A DNA stretch of 64,000 bases from a virus: the IMG/VR virus record IMGVR_UViG_3300008266_000033, positions 32,001-96,000 of that record; one strand, 5' to 3'. The first letter of the stretch is position 1; every line of letters begins with the position of its first letter. The notes below the pieces were generated by a model. The model saw nothing but the letters and a program-made list of their open reading frames with translations. It was not told where the DNA came from and made no database searches. Below are positions 20,255-28,414 of this stretch, piece by piece. Position numbers and translations under genes: made by a program.

Positions 20255-20419
20255 TTATTTTTTAGGGATTTTGTATGCAAGTATTGTTGCGATTGTAAGT
20301 TTTAAAACAATGCATGTAAAAATTACTAACACACATATAGGAAAAAATTCACCTAATAATGTATCGAAATGTGAATGTTCACTTATATAATCAATATTAC
20401 TTAAATTTGAAGATTTCAT
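20255..20419 (-). CDS. Small single-TM protein (54 aa, not in the ORF track)
   Basis: Hand-translated MKSSNLSNIDYISEHSHFDTLLGEFFPICVLVIFTCIVLKLTIATILAYKIPKK*, downstream of a promoter motif. Confidence 0.5.
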   Translation of the reverse strand: MKSSNLSNIDYISEHSHFDTLLGEFFPICVLVIFTCIVLKLTIATILAYKIPKK

Positions 20420-20447
20420 ATAAGTATTTTTTATTAATTATCTTGAC

Positions 20448-20480
20448 ATAAAGATACGAAAGGCCTCTTGCGAGGCCAAA
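20448..20480 (-). promoter_or_regulatory. Bacteroidota-type promoter with a hairpin in the spacer (may also terminate the endolysin transcript)
   Basis: Minus strand TTTGGCCTCGCAAGAGGCCTTTCGTATCTTTA; GGCCTC/GAGGCC stem. Confidence 0.55.
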
Positions 20481-20504
20481 CTATAATACACGATATGTAA
20501 TTTT

Positions 20505-21041
20505 TTATAAATTTACATATGTAGTTCCTGGGATAAAGTTTTTTGCTTGATGTTTTGGTAATAAAGTTCTCCAAGTATGACCAAATGTTTTTTCAAAATG
20601 AGGTCTATCTTTAAAAGATTTCCAATCTCCCCCCCAAACCCAGTTATGTTTTTTAAAAATATTTACTACTTCCATCCAATCTGCTTTTCCATCTTTATCA
20701 AAATCAACATTAGTTTCCCAAGACACTGATTCAAAAGTTCCATCACTATTAGTATCTTTAAGTAATACTATATCAAGTGCTAAACCATAATTGTGTATAG
20801 ATTGACCTCCTTTAGCTTTAGTTACTATACCTAACTTATTTCCTTTAGAATCATATAGTTTAGTTCTTCCTCTTGAATATATTTCATTTTGTTCTTCAAA
20901 AGTTCTTAATGTATAAGCAAATCGACATATTGCTTTGCCTGATAAAGCAGGAACTATTTCATTTTCATAAATGTTTTTTACTTCTTGTCTTACTGCTGGG
21001 TGTAAGGTTTCGATTCTTTGTAATGTAATTTGGTCTTTCAT
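20505..21041 (-). CDS. Endolysin, M15 family peptidase (L-Ala-D-Glu peptidase-like)
   Basis: LRTFEEQ, SIHNYGLALD, WGGDW, DRPHFE. Confidence 0.9.
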   Translation of the reverse strand: MKDQITLQRIETLHPAVRQEVKNIYENEIVPALSGKAICRFAYTLRTFEEQNEIYSRGRTKLYDSKGNKLGIVTKAKGGQSIHNYGLALDIVLLKDTNSDGTFESVSWETNVDFDKDGKADWMEVVNIFKKHNWVWGGDWKSFKDRPHFEKTFGHTWRTLLPKHQAKNFIPGTTYVNL

Positions 21042-21613
21042 AAGTTAACTAGTGTTACTCGTCCTATGACTTGTTTAAATATATTTTTATGGTCTTTATA
21101 ATTGAATTTATACACATAAACCCCTTCCATAATCATTTCATTATTTTTGGTTCTTCCGTTCCATAAATATGTAGAGTCAAAACTTTCAAATATTAATTCA
21201 CCCCACCTATTAAAAATCATTAAATGATAATCTGTTATGTTTAGTGTTTTTATATGAAAATAATCATTTAAATTATCTTCATTTGGAGTAAAAGCATTAG
21301 GAATCCAAACATAACTATCTAAACATAAGATTACTTTTATTACGACTGAAGTATTATCTGTTTTGCAATTATCATTAGAGTAATAAACTGATAGATTATA
21401 TAATCCTTCTTTATTTAATAATAATATTATTTGAGATTCATCTTGATATAATATTGCAGATGAAGGATCTACATTCCATACTGTAGTAAAATATTCAAAA
21501 TTTTCAACATAAAACTTTTTTATAGTATCTCCTTTACATAATTCTATCACATAGTTTTGTGAAAACAAAACATTAGATAGAAAAATTAGAAATACTAATA
21601 AAAATTGTTTCAT
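21038..21613 (-). CDS. Secreted protein with T9SS type B (gliding motility-associated, CHU_C) C-terminal sorting domain
   Basis: Signal peptide ending FSQ; IPNAFTPNEDNLNDYF, IFNRWGELIF, WNG, GVYVY, GRVTL. Confidence 0.88.
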   Translation of the reverse strand: MKQFLLVFLIFLSNVLFSQNYVIELCKGDTIKKFYVENFEYFTTVWNVDPSSAILYQDESQIILLLNKEGLYNLSVYYSNDNCKTDNTSVVIKVILCLDSYVWIPNAFTPNEDNLNDYFHIKTLNITDYHLMIFNRWGELIFESFDSTYLWNGRTKNNEMIMEGVYVYKFNYKDHKNIFKQVIGRVTLVNL

Positions 21614-22182
21614 TAGTTATCACTGTTGAGTGTAGGAGGAGGTGGTAAGGGAGTAATAGTAATAGTTCCGTTTCCTGATCCTTGACACCCATTAACATCT
21701 ATAAAAGTAGCAGTTATAGGATAAACCCCAGGAGCTAATCCTGCAGGATTAAATGTATTACCTACCACACCAACTCCAGCCCAGGTAACTCCTGTTGGAT
21801 TAGAAATTAAAACAAATGGGTCTGAGTTTTGGCATACTACTTGATCTGTAACCACTATATTAAGTAGAGGAACTATAGTAATAGTACTAATACTAGATGA
21901 AGTACATCCGTCTGCATTAGTTACTGTTGTTTCTATATTATATACTCCAGGAGTATTCCAAGTTACTTGAATTTGATCCCCTCCTGAAATAGAGGTAAAA
22001 GGTTGAGCAGGTGTTATGGTAAATGAATATGTAAAAGTAGGATCAATTACTGATGGCCCGTAAATTACAGTAGAACCTACACATTTTTGCTGTCCATCAG
22101 CTACAAATGGAGTAGGAACTTGGGAAAAACCACTTACAGTAAATAGTATTAATGTAGATAATAACAGGAGAAGTTTTTTCAT
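21613..22182 (-). CDS. Secreted Ig/PKD-like beta-sandwich protein
   Basis: Signal peptide ending GFSQ; IQVTWNTPGVY, GC repeats, FNP..L.PG.Y.IT pattern seen in Bacteroidota surface proteins. Confidence 0.7.
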   Translation of the reverse strand: MKKLLLLLSTLILFTVSGFSQVPTPFVADGQQKCVGSTVIYGPSVIDPTFTYSFTITPAQPFTSISGGDQIQVTWNTPGVYNIETTVTNADGCTSSSISTITIVPLLNIVVTDQVVCQNSDPFVLISNPTGVTWAGVGVVGNTFNPAGLAPGVYPITATFIDVNGCQGSGNGTITITPLPPPPTLNSDN

Positions 22183-22227
22183 AAATTTAATTTTGGTTAA
22201 TATTATATTGATAAATATATGTTGATT

Positions 22228-23592
22228 TTAATTCTGATCAGAATAAAGTATAACTGAAGGAAATGGTGTAACTATAATAGGTAATGGGACTGTTCTTGTA
22301 CAACCATTAAATGAAACTAAACTCAATTGGTATGTAGTATTACTTGATGGGGAAACAGTAATACTTTGTGTAGTTTGATTTCCTGGCATCCATAAATAAG
22401 ATTGATAACCATTAGGTGCAGTTAATGTTACAGTTTCTCCTACACATATAGTATCAGGATATGCATCTAAAAATGATTGTGAACATACAGCATCTATATA
22501 AGCATAACCATAGTGTGCACTTTGAGTACAATCTCCTGTAGTAAATTCAGCAGTAACTGCTTGTCCTATATAGTTATCTAAATCTACATTTACTGTACTC
22601 CAAGGTTTATATCTAACACCTGTACATGTAGTTGAGTTAAAAAATCCAGGTAAATTACCTGCTGCAGATACTACAAATTCTGAACATGGAATAACATTAC
22701 CATTTTGATCTCTTAGTAATGCTCTAAAAAAAGGTTGTTCATTAGATGTATGACCAGGATCTTCAAAAACTACAGCATAGCGATAGGTAAAACTATTGTT
22801 GCTTGGAGATACTATAAATGTTTGTGTTAATTGTTCTGCTTGAGAATTAACATTAGCGTCACCTAATCTAACAGAAAATGGTCCTCCTAATGGATCTACT
22901 CTTGGAAAACCACCACATGGATCATTTCCACCTGACATTATAGTATGTCTTCCATTAACTATACCTATTGCTGTTGCATCATAGTTTGGTGTTGGAGCAC
23001 CAATATATGCTCTTGTAGCTAAACCTGTTGTACCAAACCAACCATTAAAATTGTTACTACTAAAACCTATGTTAGTACAACTAGGTTGAGGTATTACTGG
23101 TGTAAACTGTATTCTTAAATCAAATTGAGAGCAGTTAGCAAAATAATTACCCCAAACATAGTTGTCTACTAACACATAGTAAGTTTGACCTGCTTGTAAA
23201 TATTCTACTATTGATGCATTAGCTGTTGATGGATTATATAATGCAAAACCCATACATGCTCCAAATGTTCCTGGACACGCATTAGATAATGTTATTACTG
23301 GATATGCAGTTCCTGTAGCTACTACATCATTTAGTAAGATACTTACATAACCATTTTGTGTAGGAGTGAAACTATATAACCAATCCTGACCTCCATAATA
23401 ATTACCTGTAGCTGTAAATATACAAGGATTAGCTCCTGTATAATCATTTCCGTCTCCACAAGTAGATTGATTATTACCAAAGAATGGTAGAGTTATAGGA
23501 TTAGCAGCTGCTCCAGCGCAAGTATTTGATCCCTGCGCTGAGAGCTTTGAGTAAGCAAATAGTGTAATAAATAGTAAAAGATACTTAAACAT
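22228..23592 (-). CDS. Secreted Bacteroidota adhesin-like protein
   Basis: Signal peptide ending SAQ; SVRLGD, YRYAVVFEDPGH, DC..SAHYGYAYID, C.G..VTLTAP.GY.SYLW, TTQSITVSP. Confidence 0.72.
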   Translation of the reverse strand: MFKYLLLFITLFAYSKLSAQGSNTCAGAAANPITLPFFGNNQSTCGDGNDYTGANPCIFTATGNYYGGQDWLYSFTPTQNGYVSILLNDVVATGTAYPVITLSNACPGTFGACMGFALYNPSTANASIVEYLQAGQTYYVLVDNYVWGNYFANCSQFDLRIQFTPVIPQPSCTNIGFSSNNFNGWFGTTGLATRAYIGAPTPNYDATAIGIVNGRHTIMSGGNDPCGGFPRVDPLGGPFSVRLGDANVNSQAEQLTQTFIVSPSNNSFTYRYAVVFEDPGHTSNEQPFFRALLRDQNGNVIPCSEFVVSAAGNLPGFFNSTTCTGVRYKPWSTVNVDLDNYIGQAVTAEFTTGDCTQSAHYGYAYIDAVCSQSFLDAYPDTICVGETVTLTAPNGYQSYLWMPGNQTTQSITVSPSSNTTYQLSLVSFNGCTRTVPLPIIVTPFPSVILYSDQN

Positions 23593-24303
23593 TTAATGTC
23601 TTATCCCAAGCTGAGATATGTAATCTTGTTAATCCTCTAAATTTATATTTTTTAGCCATCTCCAATGTAAACTGAGTACGCTCATGGAAATCTGTTTGAC
23701 TATCTAAACCAGGCATGCAAACTACATTTTTAAGTGGAATATTAAATGGCTCAATAAAGTCACGGAATATTTCCTTAACATCATCTTCAGTTGAAATAAC
23801 GAACTTAAATTGATAGTTTGAGTGTTCCATGATGCGTTTGATAGCATCAGGATTGATACGTTGTTTTTCAGCTAGACCTGAGTTGGATAGTTTAGGTGAG
23901 CAGTTGATTTGATGGCTTCTTGGTGTCCTTTAATTGTAGGTTCACCACCAGTCCAAATAATGTGGATAGTACCATTTTTAACATCCTCATAAATGCCTTG
24001 TTCTTTCCATTGATCGATTAGATATTGGAAGTCTTTTTCTTCACCTCTCCATAACCATTGAGATGTACTATCGCAGGTCCATGTGGCTTTACCTTCTAGC
24101 TCTAAATCACCTTTGAATATCTCCCCATCTTCTAATGATTTATCTTTCATTAGTTGATTGGCAAACTTACGAGACATACCGCAGGTTAAGTTACAGATTC
24201 CTAAGCGAACAAAGTATGAAGGAATACCCGTAGATATTCCCTCACCTTGTACACTATAAAAGTCTGAGCTTATTAATAGTTTATTTGGATTAATTGCGCT
24301 CAT
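23585..24303 (-). pseudogene. queE: 7-carboxy-7-deazaguanine synthase, split by an internal deletion/frameshift near 23909-23913
   Basis: 5' ORF has FYSVQGEG, FVRL..CNL.C, TGGEP; the -1 frame resumes QINCSPKLSNSG...FKFV...RLH; ETNG segment absent. Confidence 0.85.
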
Positions 24304-24995
24304 TAGAATACTAATTCAGGAGTTACTGTTTTTGGTTTAAAGTATGATTCTAAAAAACTTTTAGGGTAAAGTAAAACTTGACCTTTATATGTTTTAGTTT
24401 GAACTTCACGTACATTTATAGATACTTTAAGTTTAGTTGCTACTTCAGCAACCTTTTTACCTAGTTCACTACCTGCAGGACGTCCTAAATAATCATACAG
24501 TGATAACATTTCTTCTTTTTTTGTTGTATTTTGAGTTTCCATATAACTTGCTGAGTTTCTATCGTGTTCGTAAACTTCTACTTTTATGGCTCGTACACGG
24601 CCTTTTGTTTCTTCTTTTAAAAATCTATTAATTTGTCTATAAAGATATTCTGCAAAACGTTCACATCCTGTAGCAGGAAGTACTCGTAATTGAATAATAC
24701 CATCTTTATCCATTTGCACAAATTTATCTAGATATGGATCATCTGATGCTACAATTGTGGTATGATCAAGTAGATATGTAAAGAAATCTTTAGGTGATTT
24801 ACCTCCAATTTTATGTTTAGCACGCTTCATACCTCCAAAATCCCATACCCAGTTACGTTCATCTAGATCTCCTTCGAACCATACTCTAAAAGATACAGCA
24901 TATCCATGAAGATATTTACAATGAGTACTATCTGCTTTCCATTGACGAAAACATGTACTGAATCCATCAAATAATTTGGTTGATTGGAATTTCAT
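24303..24995 (-). CDS. queD: 6-carboxytetrahydropterin synthase with a C-terminal extra domain
   Basis: CKYLHGY, WVWDFG, LDH, E..A.Y, VEVYEH; about 70 aa extension. Confidence 0.88.
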   Translation of the reverse strand: MKFQSTKLFDGFSTCFRQWKADSTHCKYLHGYAVSFRVWFEGDLDERNWVWDFGGMKRAKHKIGGKSPKDFFTYLLDHTTIVASDDPYLDKFVQMDKDGIIQLRVLPATGCERFAEYLYRQINRFLKEETKGRVRAIKVEVYEHDRNSASYMETQNTTKKEEMLSLYDYLGRPAGSELGKKVAEVATKLKVSINVREVQTKTYKGQVLLYPKSFLESYFKPKTVTPELVF

Positions 24996-24996
24996 A

Positions 24997-25275
24997 TTAG
25001 GAATTTCTTTGTTTTACGATATCAACAAATTCATCTAATGTTCTCCATTGAACTAGTTGATGATCAGCATCCATATCCTCAGGTTGATCTCGTACAACTT
25101 CTGCCAAAAGCATTTCGCCATTAGATGATTTACCAATTGCTACGAATCCAAAACCTTCACAAATGGTATTAACCATTGAATCAGGTTCAAGATTAGCAAA
25201 TTCTTCCAAAATGTCGAAATCCCAAGGGAGTTCAGAATCAAATGCTTCGCAGTACTGTCTTGAAAATTCTGCCAT
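24997..25275 (-). CDS. Hypothetical protein
   Basis: 92 aa acidic ORF (MAEFSRQYC...CEG.G). Confidence 0.6.
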   Translation of the reverse strand: MAEFSRQYCEAFDSELPWDFDILEEFANLEPDSMVNTICEGFGFVAIGKSSNGEMLLAEVVRDQPEDMDADHQLVQWRTLDEFVDIVKQRNS

Positions 25276-25288
25276 AATTTTTAGTTGT

Positions 25289-25534
25289 TTAGTTTATAAA
25301 ATTGATTATTTCGTTTAACGTTTTAACTCCTGTAAATCTACGAATCTCTTGTTGATTATCCCCGACTAATACTACTGTAGGAATATTTCTTACTCCAAAT
25401 CTTTGAACCATTTCTGGTGATGAATCAACATCAATTTTGTTAATATTGATATGTTGTCCTACTTGTTCCATAATTGGACCTAGTGTTCTACATGGTCCAC
25501 ACCATCCTGCTGAAAAATATAATAATTGTTTCAT
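25289..25534 (-). CDS. Thioredoxin
   Basis: YFSAGWCGPC, IDVD, VRNIPT. Confidence 0.92.
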   Translation of the reverse strand: MKQLLYFSAGWCGPCRTLGPIMEQVGQHININKIDVDSSPEMVQRFGVRNIPTVVLVGDNQQEIRRFTGVKTLNEIINFIN

Positions 25535-25539
25535 TATGT

Positions 25540-26004
25540 TTAGTTTTTTATTTTTAAATAATCTTCTATGGTAATTTTAGTATTTCTTTCCAAATAATGA
25601 AATTCTCTATGACAATTTGAGCAGAGAGGAATACATTTTTCAATTTCTTTAAAAGTATCTTCTATAGATTTATATTGCCAAGCATTACCTATTGCTATAG
25701 ATTTGGTGGTAGGATCAATATGATGAAAATCTAAAAGATAATATCTAGTTTCTTTACATTTAGAACAGCATAATGTTTGTTTATATTCATTTACTGTTTC
25801 TTTATATTTTCGTTTAAATTCTTTTTGATATTCTCTCCATTGATCCTTATTCTTATTATAATTAGCTTTAGTAGTTTCTCTTACACATGCTTTACAATAA
25901 TATTCCCACCCATCTTTTTTACTTTTTCTATGATGCCAAAATTCTTCAGTTAATGGTTTATCACTATTACACTTAGTACAATGTTTTATCTCCATAATTG
26001 TCAT
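25540..26004 (-). CDS. Free-standing HNH endonuclease with N-terminal Zn finger
   Basis: CTKC...CKAC; CSKC, LDFHHIDP, LCSNCHREFH. Confidence 0.85.
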   Translation of the reverse strand: MTIMEIKHCTKCNSDKPLTEEFWHHRKSKKDGWEYYCKACVRETTKANYNKNKDQWREYQKEFKRKYKETVNEYKQTLCCSKCKETRYYLLDFHHIDPTTKSIAIGNAWQYKSIEDTFKEIEKCIPLCSNCHREFHYLERNTKITIEDYLKIKN

Positions 26005-26047
26005 TTATAATAAATATGTGACAATCCCTTAGAAATAATGGTCACTA

Positions 26048-26857
26048 CTATTTATTTTTCCATTTTTCTAAAATACTTTTAACATAAGTTTTAACAACAT
26101 CCCAACTTACTTCACCATTTTCATCTTCATATTGAATAGGGTCAGGATGACCTAGTTGAATAAATGCTTCGATACGTTCTACTGAAGATGCTGATTTATA
26201 GTCACTATTACCTGATGGGTATGGTTTATAACTTGTGTTAGTACGCCGGTATATTTCATTAAAATCTAATTCCAATTCTTGACATATTTCATACCCAGCT
26301 TCTAAGATAGAAGCTTTATCAATAAGTAAATAAGGAGTATAATAATTTACTTTCTCAGAACCCCAATTACCTAATTTAAATGCTTCTAAATCTGCATCTC
26401 TAAATTCAGGTCTACAGTCGGGGTAAACACTTTCGTCTCCTTTATGTATTCCCATTGCAACATCTACAAAGCAATTATGTTTTTCAGCAATAGATAAAGC
26501 AATAGCTTGAGTAATTGAACTAAAAATTTTATTGCGATTAGGTACTACTGTTGCTTTCATATTATCATCAGCATAGTGACCTTCAGGTACTTCATCACCT
26601 CCAGTTACTAATGTTGAATTTAATAATTGTGATAAACCATCTAGTTTAATTACTTGATATGTAATATCATTTTCAAAACCTTGAGATGTCAAATAATCTA
26701 TTAAAGATTGAGCTCGTTCTAACTCAACTTTATGTTTTTGACCATAGTCAAATGATACACACGTTACTTGATAATCATAATTTAATAGATGTAGCAATAA
26801 AGTGCTACTATCCATTCCACCTGAGAGTGATAGTACTGCTTGTTTCTTCATAGTCAT
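26048..26857 (-). CDS. queC: 7-cyano-7-deazaguanine synthase
   Basis: SLSGGMDS, FDYGQKH..E, TVVPNRN, YPDCRPEF. Confidence 0.95.
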   Translation of the reverse strand: MTMKKQAVLSLSGGMDSSTLLLHLLNYDYQVTCVSFDYGQKHKVELERAQSLIDYLTSQGFENDITYQVIKLDGLSQLLNSTLVTGGDEVPEGHYADDNMKATVVPNRNKIFSSITQAIALSIAEKHNCFVDVAMGIHKGDESVYPDCRPEFRDADLEAFKLGNWGSEKVNYYTPYLLIDKASILEAGYEICQELELDFNEIYRRTNTSYKPYPSGNSDYKSASSVERIEAFIQLGHPDPIQYEDENGEVSWDVVKTYVKSILEKWKNK

Positions 26858-27048
26858 TGTTTAATCAATTTATATTCATCAAGATACGATTTTTTTGCAA
26901 AGAATCCAAGATTAATTAAATCTTCCTGTGTAATAAAATCTCTATTATCCCATATTGTTTTTAGTATCTCAGCCAATTCAGTGTCATAAGGACGATTAAA
27001 TTCTGCTCGGGCTTTATTTCCTAAATAAATTGTTTTAACAGTATGCAT
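26854..27048 (-). CDS. Hypothetical protein
   Basis: 64 aa ORF with overlaps on both sides. Confidence 0.5.
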   Translation of the reverse strand: MHTVKTIYLGNKARAEFNRPYDTELAEILKTIWDNRDFITQEDLINLGFFAKKSYLDEYKLIKQ

Positions 27049-27872
27049 TATAAGTTATTTAAGGTTTTAAAATAGAGTACATTTTGGTTTAAAAGATCAA
27101 GATTAATTAGAGATAAATCTATTTCCATAACATCATCAATTCTAGTTACTGGTTTAGTTTCTAATCCAAATTTAGTATATTCTAGTCCTTCAATTGAAGC
27201 CATGATAGGATTAGAAGTATCGATAGTACTAATAATATTTCTAATTTCTTTTTCATAAAACGAAAATTCTTGAGGTAATTGACATCCTAATAAATGAATA
27301 TTATCGTGTTCATCTAAAAATCCTAATTCAAATAACCAAGTTATAAATTCAATCCTTCCTAACATAGTTCTAACATGAGTATTTCTTTCACTATGAGGAG
27401 TACTATAATTAACCATATCTTTATACCAAGAAGCACCATAAGAGAAAGCAATCTTTTTGTATCCTAAATGGTTTTTATAAATAGAAAAACACTCTAATGC
27501 TTCTTCTTTACTATTACCTTGTACTACAGGAATAAAAACTGTATCAGGAAATTGTTCTTGATATTGAGACCAAGCTTTAGCTGATACTAATGATTGATTT
27601 TTATCTTGCCAGTAATCTGGGATAAAGAATTCTTGTGGTTTTAATTCTTCTAGCCAATATAATAATCGGTCTTTTGAATAGGGAGTTCCTAACTCGTGTA
27701 GTGAATTATCCATCATAATATGAATACCTTCATCTCTACATTTCAGAAAAAAATTTTTATATTCCTCATACTTATCCATTAAGTGAGGTAAGCAATATTG
27801 ATAATCGTTGTATTGTCTGCTATGTTCTAGCAAACACAGGGGTACTTCATGTGATGATTTAATTTTCTTCAT
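27048..27872 (-). CDS. TGT-fold transglycosylase-like protein (candidate DpdA-type DNA base-exchange enzyme)
   Basis: MMDNS, PD, PVVQG, IHLLG and IDTS in TGT-like order; adjacent to queC. Confidence 0.6.
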   Translation of the reverse strand: MKKIKSSHEVPLCLLEHSRQYNDYQYCLPHLMDKYEEYKNFFLKCRDEGIHIMMDNSLHELGTPYSKDRLLYWLEELKPQEFFIPDYWQDKNQSLVSAKAWSQYQEQFPDTVFIPVVQGNSKEEALECFSIYKNHLGYKKIAFSYGASWYKDMVNYSTPHSERNTHVRTMLGRIEFITWLFELGFLDEHDNIHLLGCQLPQEFSFYEKEIRNIISTIDTSNPIMASIEGLEYTKFGLETKPVTRIDDVMEIDLSLINLDLLNQNVLYFKTLNNL

Positions 27873-27876
27873 ATTA

Positions 27877-28377
27877 TTATTTATTATTTAACCATTTTGG
27901 ATATTCACTAAACATTTCTTCTATTGTACCTTCAAATGTATCAATAAAATAATCAGTATCATACTTATTTCCACCAAAACTTCTCCTTAATTCTTTTTTT
28001 ATATCGTCTATACGAGCGGCTTCATCCAACTGCGCATCTTCGTATAATTTTTTCAAACGGCGATTATATGACGTTATAATGTCGCGTTCTTGTTGGTATA
28101 AGCTGTCACGGCCACCAGTATGTTGTTCTCTAAGTTTTAAAACATCCTCCATCATCCAATAATATTCATATTGAATTTGTTTCCAATATGGAGAATAATC
28201 AAAATCTCCATTTTTCATTTTATCTCTATATGAGGTAGAAACAGGGAGATTTTTATGTGTAGGATACCTACGCCACCAAATATAAACATTTGAGTTCCTG
28301 TTTGTTGGTTTTAAAGGAACTTTAACTGTAATAGTTTGGTTAAACTCAGTTTTTAGGGCTTCTATAACCTTATTCAT
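27877..28377 (-). CDS. Hypothetical protein
   Basis: 166 aa ORF downstream of a promoter motif. Confidence 0.6.
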   Translation of the reverse strand: MNKVIEALKTEFNQTITVKVPLKPTNRNSNVYIWWRRYPTHKNLPVSTSYRDKMKNGDFDYSPYWKQIQYEYYWMMEDVLKLREQHTGGRDSLYQQERDIITSYNRRLKKLYEDAQLDEAARIDDIKKELRRSFGGNKYDTDYFIDTFEGTIEEMFSEYPKWLNNK

Positions 28378-28380
28378 GAT

Positions 28381-28414
28381 GTAAAGATAATAACTTGTTT
28401 TTATTAAAACCAGC
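28381..28414 (-). promoter_or_regulatory. Putative host-sigma promoter heading the deazaguanine operon
   Basis: Minus strand CTGG...TTATTATCTTTAC, identical -7 box to 38318-38350. Confidence 0.55.

Noticed and set aside
23900-23920. Programmed -1 frameshift producing functional QueE
   Set aside because: There is no X XXY YYZ slippery heptamer, and the fused product would still lack the conserved ETNG segment.
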